Part shown: positions 49,469 through 63,839 of the stretch, in pieces | Layout of the letters: each line of letters starts with the position of its first letter | Numbering within the stretch: position 1 is the stretch's first letter | Source: Cenococcum geophilum | Taxonomy: Eukaryota | Assembly (NCBI GenBank): GCA_050273025.1 | Contig: CP158635.1 | Coordinates: forward strand, 9,176,001 to 9,240,000 | Direction: 5' to 3' | DNA: 64,000 nucleotides | Notes under the pieces: generated by a model | The model's database searches: none | The model's input: only the letters and a program-made list of their open reading frames with translations | What the model was told of the DNA's origin: nothing | Made by a program: the position numbers and the translations under genes

Positions 49469-52400
49469 TATAACGGAACCTTATAGCAGGAACTACGATG
49501 GGCTTGTTATTAGGCTAGGTGTATAGATAATATAAATTAAAGTTAACAACGTAATAATAACTAGTGGAGTAGTTGCCTAATAGATTAACTCTAATTATAT
49601 TCTAAGAATTACTACAAGGAAGGAACTATCTAGGTAGGGACTAAAGGTCATTAAATATACAACCGTACTCCTATAAAAGCCTTCTTATATATAAGGTATA
49701 TAAGTTCCTCTTATTCCTTCTGTTTAATATATAGTATATTATATAACCTTAGTTACTATTCCTTATTACATAGTTCTATTGGCTCTATTCTAGACTATAC
49801 CTAAATTAACTAACTAGCTTCTTCTAACTTCTCTTCTAGTAGTTATAATATTGTACTTAAAGCGTCCGTAATACTATTTCCCTCCTTTTTATCTTTATCC
49901 TTAAAGATTCCTAGTATCTCTAGGTTATTTATTAGAGGTATAATATCCGTCTAATTAATTTAGTTAATATTGTTACTTATTATACCTAAAGCTTCTTCTT
50001 CTTTACATACCCAACATCGTGCTCACACTATTGCTGCAATATTATTACTTAGTAAAATTATACCGTCTTCGTGTTCTCGTTGTTTAAAAGAGGGGTTAGT
50101 TTACGTTATATTAGTAAGTCTATCCTTATAATAGCCGTCCTCTTATTTAAAGTGTACTAAAGCGAATATTTACTTATGCTATAACGTTTATTCTACTTCT
50201 AATGCTAAATATACGCGTCCTATTACTCTTAATAACCGTCTAGTTCCCTAATTAATTTATCTTAAGGTCTTATGTTTAATTTACTGCTACGCGGCTAGAT
50301 AGTAAACTATCTGTTGCTTTAGCTAAGCTAAAACGTTCTTATAATATAGAGTAGAAGGCCCTTAAAGCCCATATTACGGCGTTTACTTAGTTACTCTGTC
50401 TTAAGAAGGTTATAAAAAGGTTTATTTTAAGGAGTAGAAGCTTATAGAATAGGGTCTATAGGAACTTAGTGATAAAAGAACAGATTCTCTTCTATTTAAG
50501 AAGGAAATAGATATAAGTAGTTTAGCAACTGCTTTTTTTAAGTCCCCCTTAGGTAGCTTATTTTTTAGTAATCCTTTTTTATTAATACTGCCTAACCTAA
50601 TCTCTTCTAATACTTTTATACCTTTCCTATAGCGTTTTTTAGGTTCTCTAGTGGTTTCTAGATAATCTTATTATAGCCTATCTACTTTACCTTATACTAT
50701 ATTTTATTATTAATATCCTTATAATTAATAATCTTTAAAAGTTACTATTTATCTTCTTTTTGTCCTCTATATGTGTCTACTTTATAAACTAGTGGCTTAA
50801 TATTCCTATATACTGGTTTTAGTATTGCGATATACTATATAGGGTAGATTTTTATTTTAGCTAGTAGGTTTAACTTAAACGTAACTAGTAAAATCCTCTA
50901 AATAATTTTAAAAGGTCCTAGTCTAACGTAGTTTAACTTCTTACTTAGTTATTAACTCTTAAAATTTTTGTGTAGTAGCTATACTTTATCTCCCTCCTTA
51001 AGATCCAGTCCCTTAGATCTCTTAGTATTATAGTATCTTTTTATTCTTTTTTATACTTTCTTTACTAATTCTATAAAGTCTATATAAAGATTTATTAACG
51101 TCTTTATTCTTTCTTTAGCTATACTACTTATTTTCTTTACTTATTATAGTAATAATAATATTCTTAGCTTATACCCGTAATTTGCCTTAAATAGTAATAT
51201 ACCTATTCCTTTTTATAGTGTTATATTATATATAAACTATATAACTGGTAATAGTAATACCTAATTATTCTACGCGTAATTAATATAGTATCTTAGATAC
51301 TGTTCTAGTGTCTAATTTAGTTTCTCTATTTAACCGTCTGTCTGCGAATAATATACGGTAGAAGTTACTGCTTTAACTCCTTATTCCGCTAAGAATACCT
51401 CTTAAAATACTATTACAAATCTTAGATCTCTATCTAATATAATTTTACTTAGTACTCTATGTCTTATAAATACTTCTTTAATATAGATTTTAGTGATATC
51501 TTTTACTAATATTTCTTCTGTATATACTATAAAGTATCCCTACTTTATAAGCTTATCTACTATTACTAAAATTATATTATAATCTTATCCGGTAATAGGG
51601 TCTCTTAACTTTAGTAACTTAATAATAAAGTCCTATAATATAACCTCCTATAGTCTTTCTGGTATCTTAATAGGTTATAGCCCTCTATATAGCTTATACC
51701 TTATTAGTTTATTCCTTTAGCAATCTAGATATTCCTTTATAACTTTTTATACTAAACCCTAGATTTTATTAATAATATACTCCTTTTAAAGTCTTAACAC
51801 TAAGCCTATGGCTCTATTATGTCCTTAAGTTATTTCTTTATAGAAATCTTTTACAAATTGCTCTGCTATGCTTCTTAGGATATACCTTACTTCTTAATTT
51901 TTGTATATATTTATCTATAGATCTTCTAGCTATGCCTTTAGAATTCTTTATGCCTAAAAGCTCTCTAGTAACTTATAAACTTTCTCTAGTTCCTCTTAAG
52001 TTGCTATAATTTTTAGATAATTATATCTAATTAATCCATCTATATTTTTTAATAGTAAAGCCCCTAATAGCTTCTCGTTATTTTATAGTTTGGCTTTTTA
52101 ACTTAAAGCGTCTGCTCTTATATTATTTTTACCCTTAGTATACTAAATCTTAAAATAGTGTTCTATAAGCATTCCTACCTATTTAACCTATCTTTAGTTA
52201 AGTTTCTATATTATTAGGAATCTTATTAGGTTTTTATAATCTATTTTAACTATAAATAGTTTTTTTATACCTTATAAGAATGCTCTCTATTTTTTTAGTA
52301 CTATAACTATACCTAATAATTCCTTATTATAGATGTTATAGTTTAACTCTAATAGTATTATCTTCTAACTATAATATACTACTAGGTGCTATCTATTTTA

Positions 52401-55400
52401 ATATTTTTTATATAAAGTATACCCCTAGTATATAGTCTAATGCATCCGTTTTTATAACTATCTCTAGTTCTAGTTAATAGATCTTAAGAACTGGCTCCTA
52501 GGTAAACAACTTTTTAACTTTTTTAAATAATTCCTATTGTTCCTCTCCCTATACCTATAGTTCTTTTTTCTTTATTAATTACGTAAATAGTTTAATATCC
52601 TTTAACTACTACGTTATAACCCTTCTATAGTAATTATAAAACCCTAGAAATAATCTTAACTGCGTAATATTCTCTAGTTCTTACCAATTTACTATAGCCT
52701 TAATTTTCTTTAAATCTATATTAAGTTGGCCTAGTTTAATAATAAATCTAATAAAATTGGTCTTCCTAGTAAAGAACTCGTATTTCTTAATTGCTACTAG
52801 CATCTATTCCTCTTATAGTCTCTTTAAAACCCATTTAATATATTCTCTATATTCTTCCTTACTTATTAAGTAAATAATAATATTGTTAAGATATACTATA
52901 ATAAATTTATCTAAGTATTCTTCTAATATATTATTAATACGCTTTTAGAACGTTACTAGTGCGTTTATAAGCCCGAATTGCATAACTAATAGTTTATATA
53001 GTCCTTCCTTTAACCTAAAGGCTGCCTTTTATTTATCGCCTTTCTTAATCTTAATTTAATGATACGCCTATCTTAGATCTATCTTTATAAAGATTTACAT
53101 ATTACTTATCCTATTTTAGATCTTACTAATTAAGGGTAAAGGATATCTATCCTTTCTAGTAATGCTGTTTAACTATCTATAGTTAATATACAGCCTTAGT
53201 TTACTATTTTTCTTTAGTATAAATAGTACTAGATAACCTACTAATAACTGCAATAGTCTAATATATCCCTTTTATAGATTTTCCTAGATAAACTCTTTTA
53301 ATGCTCTACCTTCTTCTTTAGTAAGCTTATAGATTAGAAAGAACCTTAGACTTATTTTTAGTTCTAATTCTATCTTATAGTTCTATACTATATACTCTAA
53401 TAGCTTTTTACTTTCTAGTCATTATAGTTTCTTGCTATACTTGTGGTATCTTTTTAGTATATAACTTAAGCCTTACTTAGTCTCTTTATATATTACTCCA
53501 ACTTAGTACTATACTAACTTAGCTTATTATTATATCTTACGGCGTTAAGTATCTTTAATATTAACTTAACCTAACCCAATTAATTTTTAGATTATATTTC
53601 TGTAACTAAGGCATTCCTAGTACTGCCTTATTATTCCCTAATAGTAATATATTAAAAGACATCTTAATCTATCTCCTTTTAATAGTTAACTAAATAGGTC
53701 CTATTTTAAGGTTAATAATACCTCCTTTATAGGCTATCGGATCTCCTAAAATTATTACTAATAGGTAAAGATGCTCCTTTTTCCTATATAGTAACCCTAT
53801 TCTTTTAACTGCTACTAGTAATATATAGTTCCTTATTACTTTACTATCTATTAATGCTTTAAACTATTAATCTTGCCACTTAACTTATAAATTTAGGTAT
53901 TATTCTTAAATTCCTTTAAGGGTTTAAGGCTTTACTACTAGTTCTCTCTAGTTTTATAGGCCTCTACTTTTCCTAACTATTAGCTGCTTAATCCTATTTA
54001 TATTTAGTCTACTTTTAGCTAATACTTAGTTTACTTTTTATCCTTAATATACTATAGATATATATTCTTTAAGTATTCCCACCACTATTATCTATCTAGG
54101 TATTTTTCCATAAGAAATCTTCCTGGTTAAAGTATTAAGTCCCCTTAGCTTTATACTTCTACTAGGTGCTAACTATATATATACTTAGTATTTCTATATT
54201 TTACCTTATCCGTTATCTAATATATTCTTTTTAGATACTTTTAGTTTTTATCTTTAAGTACTCTATATATATTATATATATTATTTACATACGTAATCTA
54301 TGCTAATGTATAATATACTTAGTGTTTTAGGTTAACTCTTAGCTCGTTTTTATCCTTAAGTTTAAACCTTTCTTATATTAATCTAAGCGTTACGACTTCG
54401 TTTATAGGTACTAAGATTTATCTTTTACTTCTTTAGTCCTCTAATTGCTCCTCTAAATCTTTTAATATTATAATTAAGGCTCCCTTAATATAAGTTATAG
54501 CCTTTTCTGTAATTAGGTGGTCTTAGATAACTTTTTCGTCCAGCTATATATAGAAATCTTCCTACTTATTATTATATCGTTGTCGATACTACTTTTAGTA
54601 TAGCTGTTTAAGTATATACGGCGTATCCGTAAGGAAGTATCTTCTTATTACTATATCGTAATAGCCTTTTATATGTCGTTCTTTAAACCTAGTTAGAATC
54701 CCTAGATCCTCTTCTTATTCCAGTTTAGTAAGCCACTTAGCTTTTAGTGTGCCTATCTTAGGCCTATTAGTAATTCTTCGTACTAATACTCTGTCTCGTA
54801 TACGTCTTAATATGCTAGATCTCTTATCTAGTTTCTAATCTTGCTATAAGGTGATTTTTGCTCTAAACTCCTATAGTTTCTTTCCTTTCGCGTCTTACGA
54901 GTAGATCCTTAAAGTCTTTTTACTTCTTAATCTTTATATTAGTCTTCCGATCTTTAGGCTAAACACTATATTCCCCTAGTAAGTCTTTTAGGTCTATATA
55001 CCTATCTCCTAGTCTTATTACTATTTATACCGCAGATTCTCTAATCTTATTAATAGTCCTTATTTATATCTTAAAGTCTTAGTTCTATAGGATTCTTAAT
55101 CCTAAGCTCGCTTCTAACTTAAGTTTAGCTCCTACCTTAGTCTAACTAGGCTTAGGTGTTCTTATCTCATCTTAAGAGTCTTAAATCTTACTTATCTTGT
55201 CTTAAGAATCTTATATCTATAGGAAACTCTATTCTAAGCTTATTTGTATATCTTTAAACTAAGCTACTACTCTGCTCTATTGGTTTCTGTCCGTTATAGG
55301 TCCTTAAGCTTACCTTATCTTATCTTAAGAATCTTAAGCCTTTAGCCTTTTGCCTTTATCGAGTGCCAAAGTGGTTCACTGTCCTACTTCTTTTACGTCT

Positions 55401-57320
55401 TATAAAGCGATAGGCATTATATCTAGTGGGGTCTTAATCCCTACTAATGTTCCCTATTCTGTAGTGGAATTATCCTTTACCTCTTATATAATATCTCTAA
55501 GGTCTATATACTTCTAGTAAGCTACCTTCGTTACCTTATCGTTATAAAATATTTCGCCTACGTTAAATTTATTGTCCTTAATGTCCGATCTACGAACTAG
55601 TTTATTAGTTCCTCTATACGCTATAGGGTTTAGCTCCTATAGCTAATAGCTTACGCTATACTTAGCGTTTTTATAAATTTAGTATACGTTATTATAATAA
55701 AACGTAAAACTTCTAATTAAACACTCTTTTATTCCTTATAGTACACTATTATTTCTCTATATATATATATCTCCTCCTATTAGTCCTATTCTCTTTATTA
55801 TATAGTAACTCTAACTATCTTTACAATCCCTTATAAAATAACCCTATTTTCCGCAATTTATATAAGCTCCGTTTTTAAACCATTAACTTTACTATAGAGT
55901 TCGCCTAAATATCTTCTACTACTAAGATCCTTAGTTTAGCCTTTACTCCTAGGTCCTATAATTACTAAATCCTTAACCTTTAGGTTTCTATAGTTTCTTA
56001 CTCTATCTCTTATAGTTTTCTTTAGTACTACTTAAGTCTATTAGCTCTGCGTTATACTATAGTTTCTAACTTAGCTTTAGTTATTACGTACTTTACGCCT
56101 TATATAACTATAGAACTCTATTCTAACCTTTCTTAGCCTGCTCCCTTTAGTAGATCTAATTGTTAATCTTAATCGCTTAATCTATTAGGTCCCTTAGGGT
56201 ATCCATATCTTCTATTAGAATAATTACGTCCTAGACTTTAGCCTTAAGTCCTTATTTATACTGTGCTATAAGCGCCCTATTATTCTACTTAACTTATATA
56301 GTTAGCGTTTAAAACTATATTATATACTTAATTGCTAAGGTTTATTACGTAATATTCTAAAGTTTTCTTTTCGCCGTAGTTGTTCCTTCTAGGTCTCTAA
56401 ATATTTATATAAGTCGCTCTACAAATCCTTCCTAGCTTAAGAATATAAATTATACCTTCTAATTGGTGGTTGTTATTTCATTTATCTATATCTCTATAAG
56501 GTAAAGCTTAAATTATTTAAGTGCTCTTCCTAATAGAAATAGTCCCGCATAGGCTATTTAATTTATAGATATTAGTAGCTTTACCCCTTCTTATATAACT
56601 TTAAAGTGCATTTACATAAGAAATCCTTTAAGCTTTAATCTTTCTCCTAAGTATCTCTTAATCGATAGTAGCTTAATCTTCGCCGCTTCTATCCTATTAA
56701 CCCTTTCTTCTAGTACTATATTATTAGTTATTAACCGGTTAATTACCTCTTATAATTATCTGACCGTTATAGGTTGCTATAAGTTAGTATCTACTATACT
56801 AGTGTCGTTTGCTAACCTTAACGTAGTTGCCGCCGTCGTTAGTGTTATAGTGGCTGCTTTTAGTGGCATATTATTCGACTTTCTATATTTAATACTATAA
56901 CTAGGTAGTAATTATATAACGGAACCTTGTAGCAGGAACTACGATAGGCTCGTTATTAGGCTAGGTATATAGGTAATATAAATTAAAGTTAATAACGTAA
57001 TAATAACTAGTGGAGTAGTTGCCTAATAGATTAACTCTAATTATATTCTAAGAATTACTACAAGGAAGGAACTATTTAGGTAGGGATTAAGGGTCCTTAA
57101 ATACACAACCGTACTCCTATAAAATCTTTCTTATATATAATATACGTATGCTCTATCTACTCTGTTATAGATCTTATAGATTATATTATATAACCTTGGT
57201 TATTATTCCTCGTTATATAGTTTTATTAGCTCTATCTTAGACCGTGCTTGTATTAACCAACTAGCTTCTTCTAACTCTTCCCTAAGTAGTCGTAATATTG
57301 TACTTAAAGCGTCCGTAACA
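49469..57320 (-). mobile_element. Ty3/Gypsy chromovirus LTR retrotransposon #3 (no TSD; LTRs divergent)
   Basis: ~405-bp LTRs (49469-49873, 56915-57320), PPT AAAAGGAGGGAAATAG. gag from ATG 56869 with CCHC knuckle at ~55825-55865; protease ALIDS at ~53850; RT VYLNNIIIY at ~52880; integrase; chromodomain at ~50590-50760. Confidence 0.95.
49982..50663 (+). pseudogene. Antisense accessory gene inside Gypsy #3: Zn2Cys6-like cluster plus coiled coil
   Basis: [M]PKASSSLHTQHRAHTIAAILLLSKIIPSSCSRCLKEGLV[Y]VILVSLSL**PSS[Y]LKCTKANIYLC, then a probable intron, then RLDSKLSVALAKLKRS...KLIE*GL*EL. Confidence 0.7.
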
Positions 57321-57718
57321 GTAATAGCTTATATTAGCTACTCGTAGGTATATTACCTCCTTACGTCCTTAACCCTTATAATTAATCGCGTAATGTCTTA
57401 TAGTCTCCTTAAATATATACGCTCTATAGCCACTACCTATATTCTATAATATTACGTTACGCCTTTTTACTACTAACGCTTAGCCTATAACTAATTTTAT
57501 ATATTTATAATACTATAGGCGCTGCTAAAAGCAGTATATCTATAAATTATCTTACTTTATACTTCTAAGAAACCTATAATAGTAAAATAATATTCCTTAC
57601 TAGCTATTATATTAAACCTAAAGAATAACCTAATATCTATATTTAACCTATAACGCCAATTAATCCTAAAAGAATTTAATTTATTAGCCCTAGCCTTAAC
57701 CCCTAAGGAGATAGATAC

Positions 57719-60700
57719 TGTTTATATTAATTTAATAATATAAGGCGAGTTATATCCAGGGGCACGAAATACATATGGTATTGTATGCTCTTTTAGATGG
57801 TAGTAACTGTTAATTCTATTAAGGTAGACTACGTGGTCTATATACTAACGCACCTCCCCCTAATTAGTCAGTGCTTTATAAGTGCACTAGACGCGTAAGT
57901 AGGTGGTTAGTGCACTGAACGCGTAAACGCGTACTCGGCGTACCAAATGCGTAAGTACGTGGTTAGTACGATAGGTGCTGTAATTATACACTAGCGGTAC
58001 TTGGAAGATGAAACCACTTATATACAGCCTCTGTAATTGCTTTAATAGACCCGTAAAACACGTAAGAAAATATATAGGAAATCCCTCCCGAGGTGCCTTC
58101 TGGGCTGCCTTCTAGACGGTGCTCTAAGCTGGCCGTAAGTCCTGCTTACGGCCCGTAAATAAACCGTACGGCCTTCCGACAGGCCGTAAATGAACCGTAA
58201 GTGCTCCGTTAGTCTCGCTCTACCCATTCTATAACCTTTAGGTTAAGCTTGTTTATATCAATTAGGGTTTTAAGGGCTTAATATGGCTTTACCTTAGTTA
58301 TAGCGTCTACTAGGTTATCTCCGCTGCTGATCCATTTGACCTCCGTAATCTTACGTCGTTCGTAGGCCTAACGTAAGTATATTAGGTCGACTATAAGCCT
58401 CTTCTCTTATATTATACCTAGTTTAACTAGGCAGTTATAGAGGGACTTTAAATCGGTGTATAAAACCAGGGGTAGCTGCTTCAATTATAGGATCTTCTAG
58501 ATTATTAATTTCATTGCGGCTGCTATATTAAATCTATAGGCTAGTGTATATAGTTTAGAGGCTAGTATACTGCGGGTTACTTATTTGCACTTAATTAAAG
58601 ACTAGTGCAGAATGTTTGCGTCCTAATTATAGTCCATAAGTACGATTATAAAGCCGATTTGTAATAATAGGTCTCTATTATTAGTAAAGGAGGCGTCCGT
58701 AAATACCATTACGCCAATAGAATTTAGGTCTAGCGGTATAAAAGTAAGTCCTCTTATCGCATTATCAACCTGCTATTAAATGCGCTTATTAAGCTGCTTA
58801 AAATTTTCTTCTTATAGATTTACTGCCTAGGCTGCAAAGGATAAGTTATAGGCAGATTTGGGTTAGCAAACTGTGGCAATATAGGCGCCTCTTACACGCT
58901 ATATAGCGTATTAGTCCTTTATATTTTACGGTCTTATAGGTCTCTTTATGGGAACTAGTAAGGTCCGTAGGCTTTACTATAATAAGCTTTAGGTTTTAAG
59001 CTTGGCGTTCCTAGATTAGCTAAATTAAGTTGCCCTTTTATATAATTAAGCCTCCGTTAAACTTAATTGGGGTCTACTTAGTTAACTGCTCTTACGGCTT
59101 TGCCAGGAACTTAGCTTCTTATAGTTTAGTCTCTTTAGCGTCCGCAAATGTCTAGTCCGCTAAGAAGAGGGTATTATCTGTTTAAAGTCTAACAATACTA
59201 AGGCCGTTTAATAGGGTGTATAGGAGGTAGGGGTTATAGGTCGATTATTCTATTTTAAGTTTATAGATATAATGCTAGTAATATGTCTTAAACCAGTAGT
59301 TTCTAGCTTCCGGCACTCCGTAAAGTAGTTTTATAACCTATAAAATTGTTCCTAGTTACAGATTAAGCTTAAGCGGTAGTCGTATAAAGATGTCCCTACT
59401 TAGGTAGGTATTAGACTGTATATAGGCTTATAAAATGTCCCATAAGTAAAGGGCTACGGGTTTTATTTATTGTAGTATAAGCGTAAGCGTAAGTATAATC
59501 CGTTAACTGACCTATTAAATTATAGGCGATTACGTAAGGACTAAGTCTTTCCCCTAGTCGTTATAAGCTTATATAACAAGCCTTAACTTTTTAAAGGCTT
59601 TATTAGTATTAGGGTGCTTAATTTTATTAATAAAGCGCAAGCTAAATATACGGACGCCTTACGGAACGTCTCTCTCTATTATAACTATAAAGACGCCCTT
59701 TTTAAGTAGTCCGTTAATCTCTTTGCGTTATAAGTCCGTAAAAGGGGTTTTTTTATACTAAAACTAATATATCTATAGGCGGAGGTTGCCTTATGGATAT
59801 ATCTACGGAGGTTAAGTAATTCTTTATTATGGGGTTTTTAGTTACGGGGTGCTTCTAGGGGTGTCCTTAACTACGCTTTATAGTAGGTTTAGCGGATTTA
59901 GTAAGTTTACGGGGGACTTCTAAAGTAGGTAAGGGTGCTTCTAGTCTATCTAGTTTAGCGGGTACTTTTAGTTTGTCTAGTTTAATGGGTACTTCTAGTT
60001 TGTCTAGTCTGGCGTTATAGGTATATTGGGCCAAAAGTAGGGTTTTACGGACGTGCTTCTAAAGTTAGTTAGTCCGCTAGGAAGTTATACGTAATATATC
60101 TCATCTTCTATAGCTAGTAAACAGTAAGGTCTAGTCTAATTGCCGCTCTCGCGCTATATAAGGACTTTAAAATTAAGCGGGAGGTTATATACTAAGGTTA
60201 TATTAGGTCCGTTACGGTAGTATAAAGCGTTATTAATAGTTTATTTAGCCCGTAATTTAATTATTTCGGCTATTACCTTCTGTATTATAGCTGCTTAATC
60301 TGTAACGGACGGGGCAGGAGGGTCCAGTTTGCTTATCTTTAGGTAGGCTCCGTAAACTAAGAGGGTAGGTATTAGTCCGTCAGGGCTAGCGGTATTATTA
60401 ACGGCTTTTACGGCTATCTATAAAGCTAGTTCCTTTTAGATGTTCTTATACTCGTCTATAATAATCTAGTAAGCTCTCTATAGAGCTAAATAAGCTTACT
60501 TAATAAGCCTAATAGACTAGTACGCCTTAACTAGAACAGCTTTTATTAAAATAGCTATAGCTATAGTGTACTGTTAGAATTCCTTACTGATAAAGTTCCT
60601 ACTAGCGTTGTGGGTAATATACTTAGGAGGTCTAAGATATATATTAATCTAGCAGATCTATAAAATGTTCTAAGTATATTTTATAGATATATTTTACAAC

Positions 60701-63700
60701 TAACGGGCGGCTTAATAGTGGGTTACCTTATTAATTATATATAATACTAGGCTGCCGTTAATATATATAATGTCTACGTATACTAAGTGGTTAAAATTAA
60801 GGTCTTTATAAAGAGTAAACTTAAATCGGCCTAGGGAACGTCCGTATTTCTAGTAAAAGGAGCAGTATTTAGTTAGGTAGTCAATTGCCTTCTTATTAAC
60901 GTTATTATATTTAGAACGTTTAAGGACTTTATATAGCTTTTCGGCTAATAGGTAGCTAAAACGGCGGTATAGGTGGTAGATTTCCGTACTGGTAAGGTAG
61001 TATGGGTTATAGTCGAAAGATTCCTAAATATAGGTCCGTAAAGTCTCTCCCTATATAAGGAACAGGTGTCTAAATCGTTGTATAATTGGTAGGGTGATAT
61101 TTTTACTTTTTAGGGCAGTTATAGGGCCAATTAGAGTATCTATAACATTGTTATAGTAAACCTATAGTCTATCTATATCTGTAAGGTAGAGTAGAAAAAG
61201 GGTGTCCGCTTTTACTATATGGAAGTTAACTAGGCTAATTAAAGTCTTAACTTTAACTAATCTAATTAATGCGGTTAAGCTAATACTAAATTAGATATTT
61301 ACGGCCCTAGTTTATATAGTATCGATGTCCGTATTATCCTTTATAGTAGTCTTATATATAAGGTATTATCCGTAACCTATAGTAAACTTCTTAAAAGCAC
61401 CTATATCAATTATAACGCCGTAGAATTCTTTAGGGGTATAGCGCTCTATAGTAATATATATAAATAGGTCCTATTCGCGGTCTATAATGTCCATAATAAG
61501 TCTAATAGGTATACTTATAGGCCAGTTTTCGGGTATAATTAAGTGTATAAAGGAGCGGTCGGCTAATATGGTTGTAATATTAAAGGCTTAGCTATCTATA
61601 AAAGGTCTAAAAGTAGTTAAGAATATCTCTAAGGTCTCCTATTCCTAAGTATCTAAGTTAAAATTAATTATAAGGGCTTCCATTGACTTGTTAAGAGACT
61701 CTTCTACTTCCTTTCCTTTATAGTCTAAGATAAACTGGTTAATTTGTCTGTTAAATCTCTTTTTAAACTTGTCGCGTTCTTCTTAGATATACTTTATAGA
61801 CTAATATCCTTTCTTACTATATATAAAGCACCTCTGATTGGTTTGTCTTTGGGGGTATACTTTTATATAGGAGTTGCTATAGGGGTTATAGGTAGGACCT
61901 AGTCGATGTGGGTTCTGCTAGCGGTAGCGGCGGTCCGTAAAGTAGGCATCTAAGTTAGTTTGCGGATTTTGTAGGTCTGTAATAAAGGCTTAAGTATTAC
62001 CTAGCGGGTTTAAGGCTTCGTATGTTATAATAGAGGACCGTAAATTGTTAATAAGGCCAGCTATGGTGTCTGCGGGCTTATAATAGGCGTATTTGCAGGG
62101 TTCTATTTCCTAGTAAGCCGTAATAAGTTTATTATACAGAAAGTCGTCCGTTTAAAGCTTGATATTAAAACTGTGCTATAAGTGGCGGAGGTCTTTAATA
62201 AGGATTTGCAGGTACTCTATGGTCGATTTTTTAGTATTTTTGTCCATTACAGTCCGTAACTTAGTCGCATTCTATTAGGTACGGATATTACGCTTATATT
62301 CCGGTCCTTTAAAGTAGTTATATGTGGCTTCGTATAGCTTATTAAAGGGAACACCAAGGGGGTTATTCTTAAGGTTGGTATAGTAGTGGTTAAGTACTAG
62401 GCCGCGCAGTATAGTAGAGTAGGCTTAACTAAACTCCTATTTAGGAATATCGGCCTTCTAATAGAGGTCCGTAAAGATAGTTAGTTTAAAGTTAAAGTTA
62501 TCGTTTTCACCGCTATACTTAGATTTATCGGTATAGAGCTTAGCTAGGTTAGCTAGTTCCTTACTATAGGTCTTTACTTAAGTAGTTTATAGATCTGTAA
62601 CTTAAGTGACAGAAGGGTTTTAGTTTATATTTTAATTTATAGAGGTATTACGGTCCGTAATTTGGGTTACGGGATTATTATAGTCCGTAACTTAAGTACT
62701 AGGTATACTTTAGCCCGTAAAATTAATTCCAAAATCGCTTAGATTTATAGGACAAATTTAGTTAAGTAGGTTAGGTATAAGGCTAGTAATACTATTAAGT
62801 TTAGGAGAAGTAAAGAGTTTATTAGTGGCTTTAACCTAGTTTAGGATTTCCTCTTTAGTCTATTCCATTTAGTTCTCCTCCTATATTGTGTTGTATAAGG
62901 ACTATATAATAGTAACTCGTTTATCCTTTTTAACCCATACACCTTAGTAATATAAAAGGGTTTATAGGTTATGGATAGCAGTAGGGTTACAAGCCTTAAA
63001 AATAGCTTCTGTAAAGTCCGTAAAGTCTTCCTTATATTACTCCTATAGGCTATTATTTAGGAGCTTATAGTATCCGTATTTAAGGATTTTAAAATTAATG
63101 TAGTCGTTAACGCCGTCTGTAGACGTAAGGTCGACTCCCTAACTCTACTTTTTTTAACCTTTACTAATTTGCTTAGTTATATCTGCCATATTATGTAGCG
63201 TAGTATGTCTATATAAGCTGTAACGGGTTAAGAGGAGCTTGTAGCGGGTGGAAGTGGATTATAGCGGGTGGAGGAGGTCTTATAATGGTCCGTAAAATTA
63301 ATTAACGGGTCCGTAATAGTTTGAGAGATCTTGTAGTAGTCCGTAAAGGCGATTAATAGGTCTGTAATTATTTACAGGAGGGTAGGGGTTTCCGTAAAGG
63401 TCTATATTTATATCTATTACACTTTTAGTAAACCGTATTAAGACTTAAATAAGTATATAGAGTTAGTGATAGGTCCGTAATCCCTAACTTCCAACCTTAT
63501 AGTAGGTCGTACTAGGATTAAACGGGTAGTCGCTGTCGTGTATCGCTTGGGGGGGTGTTAAGTAATTGCTAATCTATGCGCGCTTACTAATCAGTATTTA
63601 TATTAATTTAATAATATAAGGCGAGTTATATCCAGGGGCACAAAATACGTATAGTATCGTATGCTCTTTTAGATGGTGGTAACTATCGATTCTATTAAGG

Positions 63701-63839
63701 TAGACTACGTAGTCTATATACTGACGCACCTCCCCCCTAATTAGTTAGTGCTTTATAAGTGCACCAGACGCGTAAGCGGGTGGTTAGTACACCGAACGCG
63801 TAAGCACGCAGTTAGTATGACAGGTGCTATAATTATACA
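57719..63839 (-). mobile_element. Ty1/Copia LTR retrotransposon (full length, RIP-inactivated)
   Basis: LTRs 57719-57990 and 63595-63839, TSD GATAC. gag-pol 63189 to 58209 in IN-RT-RH order: ITHNASRNFISKEF (~60580-60620), RL*TDNTLFL (GLQTDD, ~59165-59190), KCK*VTRSILASKLY and YTDLKSLY...NLVDAITK. Confidence 0.96.
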
